Under the pieces are notes generated by a model. It was not told where the DNA came from and made no database searches. It saw only the letters and a program-made list of their open reading frames with translations. The position numbers and the translations under genes were made by a program. From NCBI GenBank assembly GCA_002104905.1, contig MCFE01000146.1:1-64000 (forward strand): a stretch of DNA of 64,000 bases, given 5' to 3'. Numbering within the stretch: position 1 is the first letter of the stretch; the number at the start of each line of letters is the position of its first letter. Positions 25,925-38,240 of this stretch are shown piece by piece. The stretch comes from Basidiobolus meristosporus CBS 931.73. Its lineage: Eukaryota > Fungi > Basidiobolomycota.

Positions 25925-27100
25925 GGAAGTTGTATGATTGAGCGGCTTTAGGCCAAGCTTGAGGTGGCAGCAGAGGTTGTGGTTAGATATATACAAGGCT
26001 ACCTGCTAAAGTAGTTCGTTGAGTCTAGTTGCGATGGCTCTGAGGCTGAAAGGTAAAATCCCAACCCAGGGAATTCTCTTGGGATATTGAGGGAAGGGCT
26101 AGTGTTCCTCAAGTTGGGAGAAAAGGAGATGCTGTGAAGGATGAAACACAGGTGAATGCGCTTGAAAAAGTCCAAATCCCCTCTATCAAGATTGTGCCTC
26201 CTTTGGCGCCTGATAAATAATCTATTGGAGCTGACGAACAAGGAAATAATTGAAGTAATATACACTACAATAGGCAAGATCTGAATGCAGAGCTGCTGTG
26301 GCTAGTTCAGAGAATATCCGCTCTTGGTTGCAAGCTGGATGTGAACGTGACAGGTTTTCTGTGATTTCCCTGGACATTTCTTGGCGCTAAGCGTACCCAC
26401 TTGATGGTGGGCATCAGGAGATGAGCGCCAATGAGATCCTTGCGGAGGGAATCAAATACAGATTCTGGGAAGGATTGTAAGCATACGACAACTGCTGTTT
26501 CACAAGAAACAGAGGGAACACTCTAAATGATGTGACACAGCAGGGATCTTAATTTATCTTTATTCGTAGACATGATGGTTGCGCTTCTTGCCCCACTTGC
26601 CAACCATGCATTTATTAGGAATAGATTTGTAGGTCGGGTTGTTTGGAGTGCACACTCCACATGCCTTATACTCTTATGGGACAGCGGTTCTTCTGGCGAC
26701 GTGCATGTGGTCGTTGTGTTTGGGGGTCGGTCAGCGGCAGCCGAACACCTTACCCGGTTGAGCTCAGACCTTGCATGCCCATTTGGCTCCCGCTGGCGAT
26801 ATCCATTCTCCTATATTCGGGTCGGGGCTCACTTTTATCGGTCTGCTGCCAGTCGGAATCCATCTCCTTTCCGAAATGGTATATTGGAAATCCGAGAATT
26901 GTTCATTCGCTTTGCTACTGTGGGTAAACCAATGAAGTATCGCACCATTGTTTTTCTCCTACCAAATTGATTTATCTCCGTTCCTATTTCTCCCTATTTT
27001 GCATCGATATTATTTAAAAGTACTTCCGGACGAACCTGTACCCACTTCAACTTGTACACAAGAGAGTAATGTGTTTAGGGATTAGTTCAATCCATCCTAA

Positions 27101-30100
27101 ATGCTCTTAGAAACAATTAAAATAGATGAGCCCATAATAGGCCCTTGTGAACAGGATACAAAATCTCTGACAGAAATCGATCCACCAGTGAACAAAGCAG
27201 TAAAATGTTTGGCCCAAACTCTTCAGGCTGTAAAGGAGCATGTTCAGGCGTGTTTGATCGATCAGCCAAATGGTAAGCTTCTGGAACGAATGATCTCGCA
27301 CCACTTCGACTAACCTGCTTTTAGCTGAGATTCAGAGTTTACAAACACAAATTCTTAAGGAACTAAATCAGCTCCTGTATTCTGCTACCTCTAACCCAGA
27401 GAGTACTCCCTTACTCAGTACTCTTTCTGAGCTGAAGGAGATCCTGACTACGGAGGTTGAGGAGGATTCTCTTCATTTCGTAGTAGAGTTTTACTGCTTA
27501 ATGGTCGCCTTCACCACTGTATGCCAGCTATTTTTCGATAGACTTTTGAATGAATTGGTTGGCGAGATCCAGGCTGCTTACTCAAAAAGTAAGCACCCAT
27601 CCCAAATGTCCAGCTTTCAGCAACTCTTTCACGATGCCGATAATTACACCCGTCCTGGGTCCTTCAACTCTTATCTGTGGCACTATCACTTTCTTACCAT
27701 CACTGCCAACCAGAACTTCGGCCGGCTCCTAGAAAGCCTAATCCAAAAAGAGAGGATCAGTTTCACCAATCTAGACTACGTCGAGACCATCTACTCCACA
27801 TTCTACATGAGCCACTTTCTAAATGCATCTGCGCAGCAGCACCAAAAAGATAGGGGGCAGTTTTTTACCCCGCGTTCCGTCGTCAAGTTCATGTGGGACA
27901 GGGTGCTACGCTCGGAAAAAGGGAGGGTGATGGATTTAGCGAGGATCATAGCCGAGAACCGTGGTGAATACCTGATACTCCCGCCTACTCTTGATCCATG
28001 TATGGGTATTGGTGGGTTTTTGTGTGAATACATCAACCGAATCACCAAGTTCGCCAGTACCAACCCTATCATTTGGAATCAAAGCCTCAAGGTTGAGGAA
28101 GTGATGTCTGCCTGCGTGGAGTCAATGTGGGGGATTGAGATCGACCTGTTCACCAGCACTATTGGCAAACTCAATATCATGATCCACCTGGTGCCCCTTT
28201 ATAAGCGTTGGCTGGAGTTGCAGGTGGTAGCCAAGACACAAAAGCGCTTCAGACTTCCTCGGTTGAAGCTTTTCTGTAATGATACCCTCAAGCTCTATCT
28301 GCCCAACGATGGATCGGACCCCTGGACCAAGTATCATCTGAGTACGCTCCGGGATCCAGGCGGCGTGCGATTCCACTACATCCTCACTAACCCACCCTAC
28401 ATGATCCGCAAGACCGGGATAGTCTCCGAGCCCGACCCGGTTCTCTACGACACTACTGTCCTGTGCGGAAAAGGAACCCAGGCCTATAGCTACTTCATTT
28501 GGATCGCGCTTCAGAAATTGTCCAAGGCTGGTATCCTTTGCCTCATCACAGGTATGGACCCCTTATTATCGAGAGTTGGGCAGAATGCTGACTGTTGCAA
28601 TGTTTAGCTAGCCAATGGATGACCCTGGAGTTTGCTGACAAACTAAGGTAGATTTATCTTTGCTGGCCAAACAACCACGGGCACTTCTGATTTTTGAGAA
28701 CATAGGGCGTGGATGTGGAAGAACTGCTGGTTGCACGAATTTTACCAGTTCGAACCTTACAAGGTCTGGAGAAAGGTTCAGACCGACTCACTTATATTCG
28801 TGGTTCGCCGTAAGTCCGAGGACATGACTGACCGAAATCAGAATGATCAGATCATTTTCCTGCGGTATATGGATCGTAAGGCCTCGCTGGAGGAAACCCT
28901 TCTAGCCTATGAGACCTTCATCGCTGGCCCCAATAGAAAAGGCAATGCGCTAATGGAGTCGAAGTTATCAACCCAGGAGCAGAAGCTCAATGGCCGTTCG
29001 TTTTCATTTTTGATGCCCAACTCCCCGACCAGCACCTCCATCCATGCCCTGGTTAAGGGCCTAGCCGGTATCTGTGATGCTTCTGGGAAGGCTGCCCAGT
29101 GGTCAGACGATTGCCCGTTGATATGGCATCGTGGGCCCAATACTAATCCGGTGTACGCATTGGTGGTGCGAACCGAGTGGGGTCGAATGAAGTTTGGCGA
29201 AGAGAATTGTCGGAAATGGTTAAGGCCCGTCTTTTATTGGAATGGCATGGCCAACGGGCAAAAGGAGGTGAAGGAATATCGCTTCTGGGAGAACAAGGAC
29301 CCTTATCGGCTGAGCAAGAAAGAGGGCTCGCCGGCCGAATCCTACATGCCGGTAGAACCTCGGACAGACTACTCGCTAATAATGGTGGATAAGGCTGGGT
29401 CGAACACATTGATTGCCAATCAGCGCTCGAATCCCACCCCATTTTACCTATATCTGAAGGAGGCCCGTGAAAAGTTGCAACCAACGTTCGAGGACCGAGA
29501 GATTGCCTATTGCGGCACTCAGAAATGCGGGTAAGTACTGGCTCGTAGCTGATGCCCAGATTTCATGCGGTGCTGACCCTTGGTGTAGTGTAGACGTACC
29601 GACCAAAATCATCACTCCCATCAACTACGGCTACTTCTCCAAGAACCAGGTATGTGCGGATTCCCAGATTACTATCGGCAAACAGTCACTTATCAACGGG
29701 CCCATAGCCACGACAACGATTCTTCATCGACAAGAGCTCCGTGTGTGTCACGAATCAGGTATGCGACCGTACGAGGAATCGTTTTCCGGATCCAGACTGA
29801 CAGTGGTCCTTGGTTTATCGCCACAGTGCATTTATTTCACTGTAAAGCCTCACTTGGACATAGGCTATTCCTACTTTCTAGGGTTGTTGAACTCCTCTGT
29901 AATCCAATTTCTGATGGCGGAGCACTGTAAATACGATCAGCAAGGCCGGATGCGCTTGTTCAGAGAAAACATGGCCAAGCTACCCTACAAACCACCATCC
30001 AGTGAGCTCGTCGGATGGGTCGCGAAACTGGTGGGCAACATATCTGCGCTGAAGAGACTGATCTTCCAAGTACTGCATGTTCTATCGATCGCTCCGGATT

Positions 30101-30840
30101 CCTGGCTTGAGTATATGCGCCAAGGAAAATACCGGCTCAAACCCAGCGAATGCGAGGTGTTGCAAGCCAGGTTGTCGCAGTTTCATCTGAACTCCGGGGC
30201 CGTTGGAGAGGAGCATGGTTTACAGGAGAGGGTGGTTCGCCTGTTGGAGAGCTCGCTGTTCATGCTGAGTGCTCTACAATATGGACTGGATCAGGTTTTC
30301 TACTTGATATACGATGTCCGGATCGAGCTGCAAGTCGAGTTGGAGAATGAGCTCCGACTCGACGTCAACTCTTCGATCGTTGAAGAATATCCACGCCACG
30401 ACCGCCATCATTCTAAAATCGACACGTCCAGCAGAGAGTCCGATAGTCCTGTAGATACCACCCCACAGCCCACCGATGCACCTGTTTCTCTTGGCTTGGC
30501 TGAGAACAATGAGGTTCTGAAACTCCCTGTACTGTATTTTCCATCCATCAACCCACAAATTACTCTCCCGCCTTTTCGTGAACTCTTCCATATGCACATC
30601 AACCCCGACGCCTCGAGTTTGCAGTCCCTCGGCACGCATTCTGTCTCAAGCGCAACCTCGCTCGCCGAACAGCCGGTGGTCGAGCACAGGGCCGAACCTC
30701 ATGTAGATAATAGCGATATGGAGATAGAGATCGCCTTTCCGCCTTGGCTGGTTGAGCTTGTGGACAAATCAACCAGTACGTTGCGATCGGTTCAGGAGTT
30801 CCATGAATTTCTAACCAATTCCACTGGCACACCAGTCTAA
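27101..30840 (+). CDS. Intron-containing, bacterial R-M-type N6-adenine DNA methyltransferase (Eco57I/TaqI-like, NPPY class) with target-recognition region; about 1129 aa, 7 exons
   Basis: Exons 27101-27272, 27325-28551, 28608-28647, 28706-29530, 29589-29649, 29708-29758, 29827-30840 (3390 nt, one open frame; all six introns GT-AG, 52-68 nt). Motifs KDRGQFFTP, LDPCMGIGGFL (SAM binding), WGIEID, NDTL, LTNPPY (catalytic), YSYFIWIALQKL...LCLITASQWM...KLR, TaqI_C-like RFFIDKS...YFLGLLNSSVIQF...KLP, and C-terminal LDQVFYLIYDV. Confidence 0.85.
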
Positions 30841-31172
30841 TTGAATCCCTAATTGAATCCCAGTCTAGACATACATATAGAGTAGGGTATAATCAATCCG
30901 TACATAATTCCTCGTTACTTGTTCGATTTAATGTGATTTTTACTAGTAAATTTTCCGGTTTTGTGATTCAACTCCCCGTAGAGCTAGTTGGGCTGGGCAT
31001 CGTGTTCGTTGGAGATTGATCCAATAAAGGCTTAGAACTTATAAGTAACTGGCTCGGATACCATGCAAATAAATAGAAGTTTATTGAACTCCACGGCGTG
31101 GGAAATCGCTAAGCAAATCAGAATCGGGCATAAAAGAATCAACATGAAGACATAGTAAAAGAAAAGCTATAT

Positions 31173-31204
31173 TATATATATATATATGTGCGTGTGTGTG
31201 TGTG
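31173..31204. repeat. Compound (TA)n(TG)n microsatellite between convergent 3' ends
   Basis: tatatatatatatatgtgcgtgtgtgtgtgtg read directly. Confidence 0.8.
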
Positions 31205-31259
31205 CGTGAGTGATGATAGTAGGCAATGATCCTCCAGGGAAAGTGTTAGCTCTAAGACT

Positions 31260-34155
31260 TCATGTAGGGACTTGAACCATGCTATGATCATCAGTGAAAA
31301 TGTCGAACCAGTGGCCAAGAAATTTGAACGTATTCAGGTCGGAATAATTCAATTCATCCGCACTGGGTTCGTGAAGTGTCCGCGATGGTTCAGAAACGTA
31401 TGGTGTGCTTCTGGTGGCTCTGGTGATGAATCCAAAATTGGTGGGAATGGTTGAATATATAAAGTTCGAAAGGACGAATAGAATGAATATGGCCAAGATG
31501 AGCGCGAGAGACTTCGAGATCCGCGAGGAGCGGGCGTCAAGCGTGTTGGCTTCAACGCCAGCTGACCGAGTGTCGTTGGTATACTTGGCTGGAGACTGAC
31601 ATTCTTCGGTAGCTATGGGTATTTTGTCTTGGGGTTGATGGTCATTGAGCGTAAGCAACTCGTTGATAATGGTCGTTTGGGCGTCTAATTGATCAGTTAA
31701 CTTGTTGAAATCCTCAACCAGTTGTTGGTGGGTTTCTAGGTCTACAATGTCGGCGTTGCATTGGGCACTGGTATCATTGGTACTAGGCGACTCTGTTTGT
31801 GTTTCCAGTTCTTTAGTGCGAGGGCCTTCATGTTGAATAGCAGCATCAGCCAATAAGGATGTCCGCTCAAACAGGTCACACTGAACATTCATGTCCTTGA
31901 GAGCGACCGGTTCTTTCATGGAGCTACGAAGAGTCTGGATTTCGGCCAAAAGCGCCCGTCGTTCTTCTTTGATTGCTGACTTGGCTTGCTTCAGTTGTTC
32001 TAATGCTAGACACTGGGTTATTTCCTGTAGATCGTGTATGCTAGTGTTTCAACAGGAACTAACCACTTATCCACTGATGACCACTGTCGTGCGCGTGAGC
32101 AAATGGGCGACCTGTCTCGACTGAGGACTGCTTAGAAATAGGGAATCGAAAATAATCAGTTTTGTGTAGTGGACTTAGAGTATCACCGAAGCTTACATCG
32201 TGGTCGGAATAATGGGCAGAGTTGGTGGATTCATCCTGTTCTGCGCTTAGCAGCAAGGGCGCTAATTCAGCATGTAGATTCTGAAGATAAACCGGGTTAG
32301 CTGAGCGCGCTAAGTGGAGCCAGTGGTGGATCTTGTACCTTGTTTGGAGAGATGTCGTACACTTCAATTTCTTTGGTTGTGCTCGTCTGAATACCCTTGA
32401 TAGCATCATTCAGATCGCTCCGCAAGTGGTCAACCACGTTCCTCAGATGCTGATTCTCCTCCCTCAGCTCGTTGACCTCCAGCTCAAGGGTTTGGGTGAA
32501 AGCGACTTCATGCTCCAGTCTTTCAATATGCTTCTCAAACGACATTCGGTCTTCTTGGAACTTGAGTGACAATTTCGTTAGGAATGGAATCAAGCCGGAT
32601 CTAGCAAGGTAGGTTCTTACTTTCTTCTGCTCAGAGGCTATCGAAAGGAGGTCCATTTCGACTTTGGCGAGCTCTTCCTCTTTGCTTTTCAACTGTTGCT
32701 GTAGCTTCTCATTGTCCACTATATGGAATGGTTATTATCCGAGCATAGGATGATGTTCAATTGGAAGCCATCCCAACCTCTCTTTTCCTCGCACTGTCTC
32801 TTGAGATCCGTATACAGATTCTTGTGTTGTGCCAACAACTTGGAAACGGAGAAGATTTCTGCCTCAAGCTATATAATCCCCGAAGATAAGCTACTGATTG
32901 GCCTACTAAATCACTTGCCGGACATACCATGCTTATCTGGGAGAGATGAGTTTTCTCACTGCCTTTCAACTCCTGAATATCTCGCTTCTTCATGGCGAGC
33001 TCGTCGTGCATTTCGTCAATGCGGTTTTGCAGGTCAGTGATGCGATCCTCGTGTTGACGAACGGAGGAACTCAAGTTCTTTTCCGCTTGTCTTAGTCGCT
33101 TGTTCAAGTCAACCGTGATTCTGGTAAGACGATTTATACGCAAAGCGTCGTCATCCTCATCCCCCTGTGGTAGCAAACAAGGTTTAGCAAGTGGATGTCG
33201 AGAGTGACTAATCCAGGCAGGCCTACCCTCAACTCGAACTCCTCTCCTTTGACTCTCTCGAAACTAACTTCTCCTTCGGAGGTGGACGATATCCAAGAGC
33301 TTGCCTCATACGAACGCTCGCGCCAAGACTCCACTGCATCTTGGTAGTGGCGCGATGATTTGGGAAACTCGAGAGTGTTTTCTCTTCTCAACTATATACA
33401 GACAATTAGTCCCAATGCCGCGACAGTGCTTGGTCTGAAAATCAATACCTGAAGCGGTGAGTCTAGGCTATCCATAGAATCGCTAAATGACCTATTGCGG
33501 CCATAAAAAATTGCCCCGTCTTCCTCAGTGATAGATTGTGGATAATTGGAGAAGTGTGGTGACTGTCTTTTCTCCTCCTTATCGAAGCAGAGCTTGGATG
33601 GGAACCCGCTTTGAGACAAACTTCTACGCCGCATGCTAGTTGCGGCCACTTTCCTGGTGCTAAGCGTCTTGGAAATAATCGGGGTGGTTCTTCTACGGGA
33701 TGACAGAGGGGACAATGGATGGACGTATCCTAGACTGCTCACATGAGACCGAGAAGGGGAGTTTATCTTAGGGGACATGGTGCGAACGTTCAGTGGAGAG
33801 GACAGCTGGGATATGAGGCGGTGTAGGTCATCAGCGGATAGCTCCAAATCTCGGTTTTTCTGACAAAATTTGTTGAGAAGTTCCTTGGGTTCTGAATCAA
33901 GGAGCGAAATGCCCTGCTCACGTTCAAATAAATCTAGTATGGGGAAGAGATCCTCTGCGACAATAGTGCCTTTGTTATCATGGTCGAACCTAGCGAAGAT
34001 TGCTTTGAGGTTGGATTGCAAAGAGGTGGGTGTTTTGGGCTCTGGCTGTATGTTCTACGAGGGTTGTGAATAAACAGTGTGTAGTAGGGTGCTGCGCAGC
34101 AACTTACCTTCCTTCGGGGACTTACAAAACACAAGTCGTTACTATAAAGTGACAT
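31260..34155 (-). CDS. EF-hand + coiled-coil + C-terminal TM protein, Kms1/Kms2-like candidate KASH (outer nuclear membrane) protein; multi-exon
   Basis: MSLYSNDLCFVSPRRK|NIQPEPK... EF-hand-like IFARFDHDNKGTIVAEDL, long heptad segments joined by GT-AG introns, single TM LALILAIFILFVLSNFIY, tail ending ...VQVPT-stop. Confidence 0.7.
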
Positions 34156-35839
34156 TGCTGTACTGGGAAAAACAACTTCTAGGGGACAGTCAATGGAGGG
34201 AAATCGTTCTAATATGTTTTAACGCGTCAAGTGTCGCAAAAATGGAAATTTCACAGTACGTCAAGTTGAATAAATTTCCTTACAACCGTTATTGTTTATA
34301 TAATCGAACAGCGAGTTGCAATACAATTCGTTCGGGAGTTGTTTAGATTGTTTACTGCATGATCCAATTATCGTCATGGGCCCGTTGATTGGTTTCATGG
34401 AGTTTTGATCCTGTACAGTGATCATCAAAATCCACCTGCACCTTCTATTTTATACATAGAGCGTAAATTAACCATATATATACGTCAGGATATATATATA
34501 ATACTACCAAGTTACAATAGCGGCTCCCATTCAACGAGCGACTTTGTTTACCATTGCAACGTCCACTTGACTATCTTGAAGTCCCCTCGAGTACTGCGCT
34601 GTAGCACAACTCACCGAATTCACGTTTAGAAACGTTGAAGAACAATCATGTCTTGTAAACAATTAATCAAGTCTCTCGTTGCCATATATACTGGACATCA
34701 CTGTATTGATTGAGAGCGGTCGACAAGCAAAACCGCTTCCTTTTTCGTGCGTCACTGACAACCTCCAATCTGGCTAACTCTAGCAACTTCCGGTTTTCCA
34801 AGAACGCCTCCGCCCATTGACAATCCATGGTCCTATGGGTGCCCTCGTCTCAAACCCGCTTGCCAAACATCAAGCGGGTGCAAATAGGAAAAGCCACGAT
34901 CCATACACTGCATATGTGATTTAGCCTAGGATTTCAATCTCAACAAGGGTCGAGATGCAGGTGTCAATTATCTCCGTTTGAGTTAGATTGTCTGGTGCCA
35001 CGCCTAGCTGATTCAATATGGTGTCAGCAGCGTTCCCCGCTTCTGCCTTTGGCCAGTGCTCGCCAATAAGAGCGCTTCGTGGAGAAGTCGGATTCCCCGA
35101 GCAAGAGTATCCGTCTCCAGCCCTTCCAATGGCGCCATAATATCGGTGGGGTCAGTTGAGCCGCCCCTTGCTCAAACAAAGTCACAAGTGTGTGCTTACT
35201 ATGTGAAGTATGCAAACTGTTGGTTTGATGTATAAATATATCTCAGCCGAGGTTTCATCCGTGGTTGTTATTGGTGGCTGCCATGACTGATGTCCAATAC
35301 GCAGACGGTCATTCGATCAGACATGGTTGCATTGAGGATTTGACTTCAGAACGATTATTTTTATGTTTTACATGCGGCCAACGCTGGCCAAACATGGCGC
35401 TGCGACAAGAGAAAATCCCACCCGAGATTTCGTCGATAATAATGGAGTGGAGATGGTGAATTTTGCCCGATCCAAAGGGAGCTGCAGCGTCAACAGTCCG
35501 TTTATTCGCAGAAGCTGGAAGCGGCCATCCTCATTGGCCTGATAAATATCGGCACAGCCCTGATGTGGATAAATATAAGGCTTGGGTGGAAATGGATTTT
35601 AATATCCCGCGTTTCATTTCCCACAAGATAAAAATATCAGCACCTCAAGCCTACCATTCACTCATTAGCTCTGGTCATCTATTTTAATCTATCGAGTCTG
35701 TTGCTGTGGCGTATTTTAAGCTCTAAAGCCTAGGCTTAAATATCAACCATTGTCCCGAGGGAATTCATTGATGCTCCTCTGACCTAGTAATCCTCCGAAT
35801 CTGCAGACACCAGCTTCCAACTCTCAATTCATCCAAGTC

Positions 35840-37553
35840 ATGGTCGCCCGTGATAATTCTCATTCCCACCATCTCTTGGCGCTATCAGAGATGCTGGCCC
35901 ACATTTTTGAGTTCCTGCGCTACAACAAGTACGACTTGTGGAGCTGCAGTCTAGTCAACAAGCAATGGTTGACTATAGTTAATCCGGTTTTGTGGAGGAA
36001 CCCAACATTTTCCTCCAAGAGGTCAATAAAAGCCTTTCAACGCGCCATCCTGGAGAATAAAGAGAGTACGTCCAATTGACACCCCACGCTCTGACATAAT
36101 CTAACCTCACTTCCCCACAGTTGCCAAATTGGTCATAGAGTTGAACACGGACAGATACAAAAGACACGAAATCCATCCCCTTGCTGAGCTGACTGCGCAC
36201 CTTCCGTGCCTTGAGCACATCCACTTCAGCGCTGCGCACTATACATCGATCTTGCCGTACAAACGCGAAGCGTCAAGCCTTACCAGCCTGAAGGGAATCC
36301 AGTATCTAGAAATATCGCCCAAAGACATAGGCTGGCGATCATTGATGATGGTGTTGATCAACAGCCCTCATCTGGAAAAGCTCGGGTTGCTGATCAATGG
36401 CGACCTGCATTTAACACTCGACACAATACCACTGGATTTTCCATGCCTTAGCGCTCTCTCCTCGCTGGACCTCCAGTACTTTCCACAGTCGGCGAGTTCA
36501 GAGTTCTTTCAACGCCTCTTTTCCTTTATGCCCAACTTGAGGCGCTTAAAGCTATATTCTTTCTTTATCTCGTCCGATATAGTCAAGGTAATAAGCCAGC
36601 ATTGCCATCATCTAGAGGCGCTCCATCTAATATCAGCCTTCATGCCAGACGACATAACTGCACATAAGATTTTTGATTATATTAGCACCAACCAATTTCG
36701 TCAGAACCTTCGTGAGTTCTGGCTCAACCTCGTCAACTACACCCAGTATATTGGCGCATTGGATATTCCATGCGAATTGATGAACCGATTTTGTGACACC
36801 TTATCTCATGTGGACGAGCTTCAGCTCTGTGGCATCACCTTCAACCACGGAACAATGAGGTACTTTGCAAGCAACATATCGAAGAATCTTCGCTCGTTCA
36901 AGCTGTCCAAAGTCTACTGTCGAGACATACAAGGGGTCTTCAGCACCCAGGTGTGGGACACTCTTTTCCACCGTTGCGGGGATCAGTTGGAGCATCTGGC
37001 AATAGAGTATCTCGAACTTCCCCCAACCATAGGGGAGATCATTGCTCACCGATGCGTGAACCTGCGCAGTCTTTGCTTCCGCTACACCACCGTCTCCGAC
37101 GACTCCATCCTGAACATTACCAGGGCGTTGGGCGGCAAGTTGCAGCATTTGGAGTTGCGGAACACCAGCCTATCCACCGCCGGGCTGAATTCGGTGTTCA
37201 GCCATTGTCAGCGCCTGGAGTACCTCGACGTCGGGGATCGCCTCACCAGACCTACCATTGGCGAGAACTTTTTCCGCGAGTTTATCCTTCGTTGTGGTGA
37301 TCTCCTGTCCCATATCAGCTTGATTGACTGTTGCATCACGAACAGTCATGTGGACTGCATCGCGCAGGTCTGCTGGAATCTCCATGTTTTCAAGCTGGCG
37401 AACCAACCAGCGCTCAGCGATGACGGCATCAACCGGTTGCTGAAGCGGTGTCGTCGTCTTGAGAGTCTGCAGATACTGCAAGAGCCCCACGTGAGCAACG
37501 GGTTGACCATTGAAACCATCACCAGAAGTAAGCATGATTTTATATGTTCATGA
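35840..37553 (+). CDS. F-box / leucine-rich repeat protein, 2 exons
   Basis: F-box LALSEMLAHIFEFL...LWSCSLVNKQWLTIVNPVLWRN. Intron 36066-36120 (GTACGT...CTAAC...CAG) gives an in-frame join. Repeated LxxLxLxxC-type LRRs (LRSLCFRYT, LQHLELRNT, LEYLDVG). Confidence 0.9.
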
Positions 37554-38240
37554 CTTCCCCCTGCATGGACATGGCTTGTTCGGGATGGCATCTCTTGCGC
37601 CACCTCAGTCATATGTACTTACTCCAACATAATATGTAAATAATCGAGATGTGCCCAGGTGGGTGGAGGCGACCCTCGACCCCTACGCCTGGGCCAGAAC
37701 TGTTGTTGATTAAATAAAGAAATGGTTGGCCCTTTGATCTATTTATGAGCGCGAGTCAGGCTAATGCATGAGCCAACCGACTTATGCCTTAGTCCAGGGT
37801 GCACTGAGGATCGACATATTCGTTTGGCGCGCTACTGGAATGGTGCTTTAGTCGATCGTGTATATGACAAATGGCCCACGAGCCTAGTCACTCGGATTTT
37901 GAGCTGCCACTTTCCTGGTGAAATGAAAACCCTAATATGCGGTCTCGGAGTGATTTGCCCATTGCCCCAGATATGCAGCTATAACCTGGAGTATGGGTAG
38001 GTGGGGCTCCAAGTTACAACCCAGAAGCCCCTGCCAGTTCAATTTGGTGAATGACATGTGTTGTGGACGTAGTATGTACTCACTAATTGGAAAATTGCAT
38101 ACTAAGCCCCATACCAAATTTCTTCCAACTTGGCAAATATGTAATGCTATTGAACTAGATTCTGCAAAATCATATACGTATCTTACTCTCCTCTGCCTCT
38201 TTATGCATAGTTGCTCTCTACTTTTTGATGATGTAGGCTT

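Noticed and set aside
26572-26970. 132-aa plus-strand ORF between the GEF and the MTase
   Set aside because: There is no recognisable motif; it lies in a probable promoter/5' UTR region and overlaps a possible GEF upstream exon.
29467-29588. N-terminus of the 457-aa ORF (MKSCNQRSRTER...) as a separate gene
   Set aside because: It overlaps the preceding exon in another frame and spans intron 29531-29588; splicing joins it to the MTase.
27101-30840. MTase as bacterial contamination or a chimeric assembly
   Set aside because: Six canonical spliceosomal introns of the same size class as neighbouring genes are needed to make the ORF, and it is flanked by intron-rich fungal genes.
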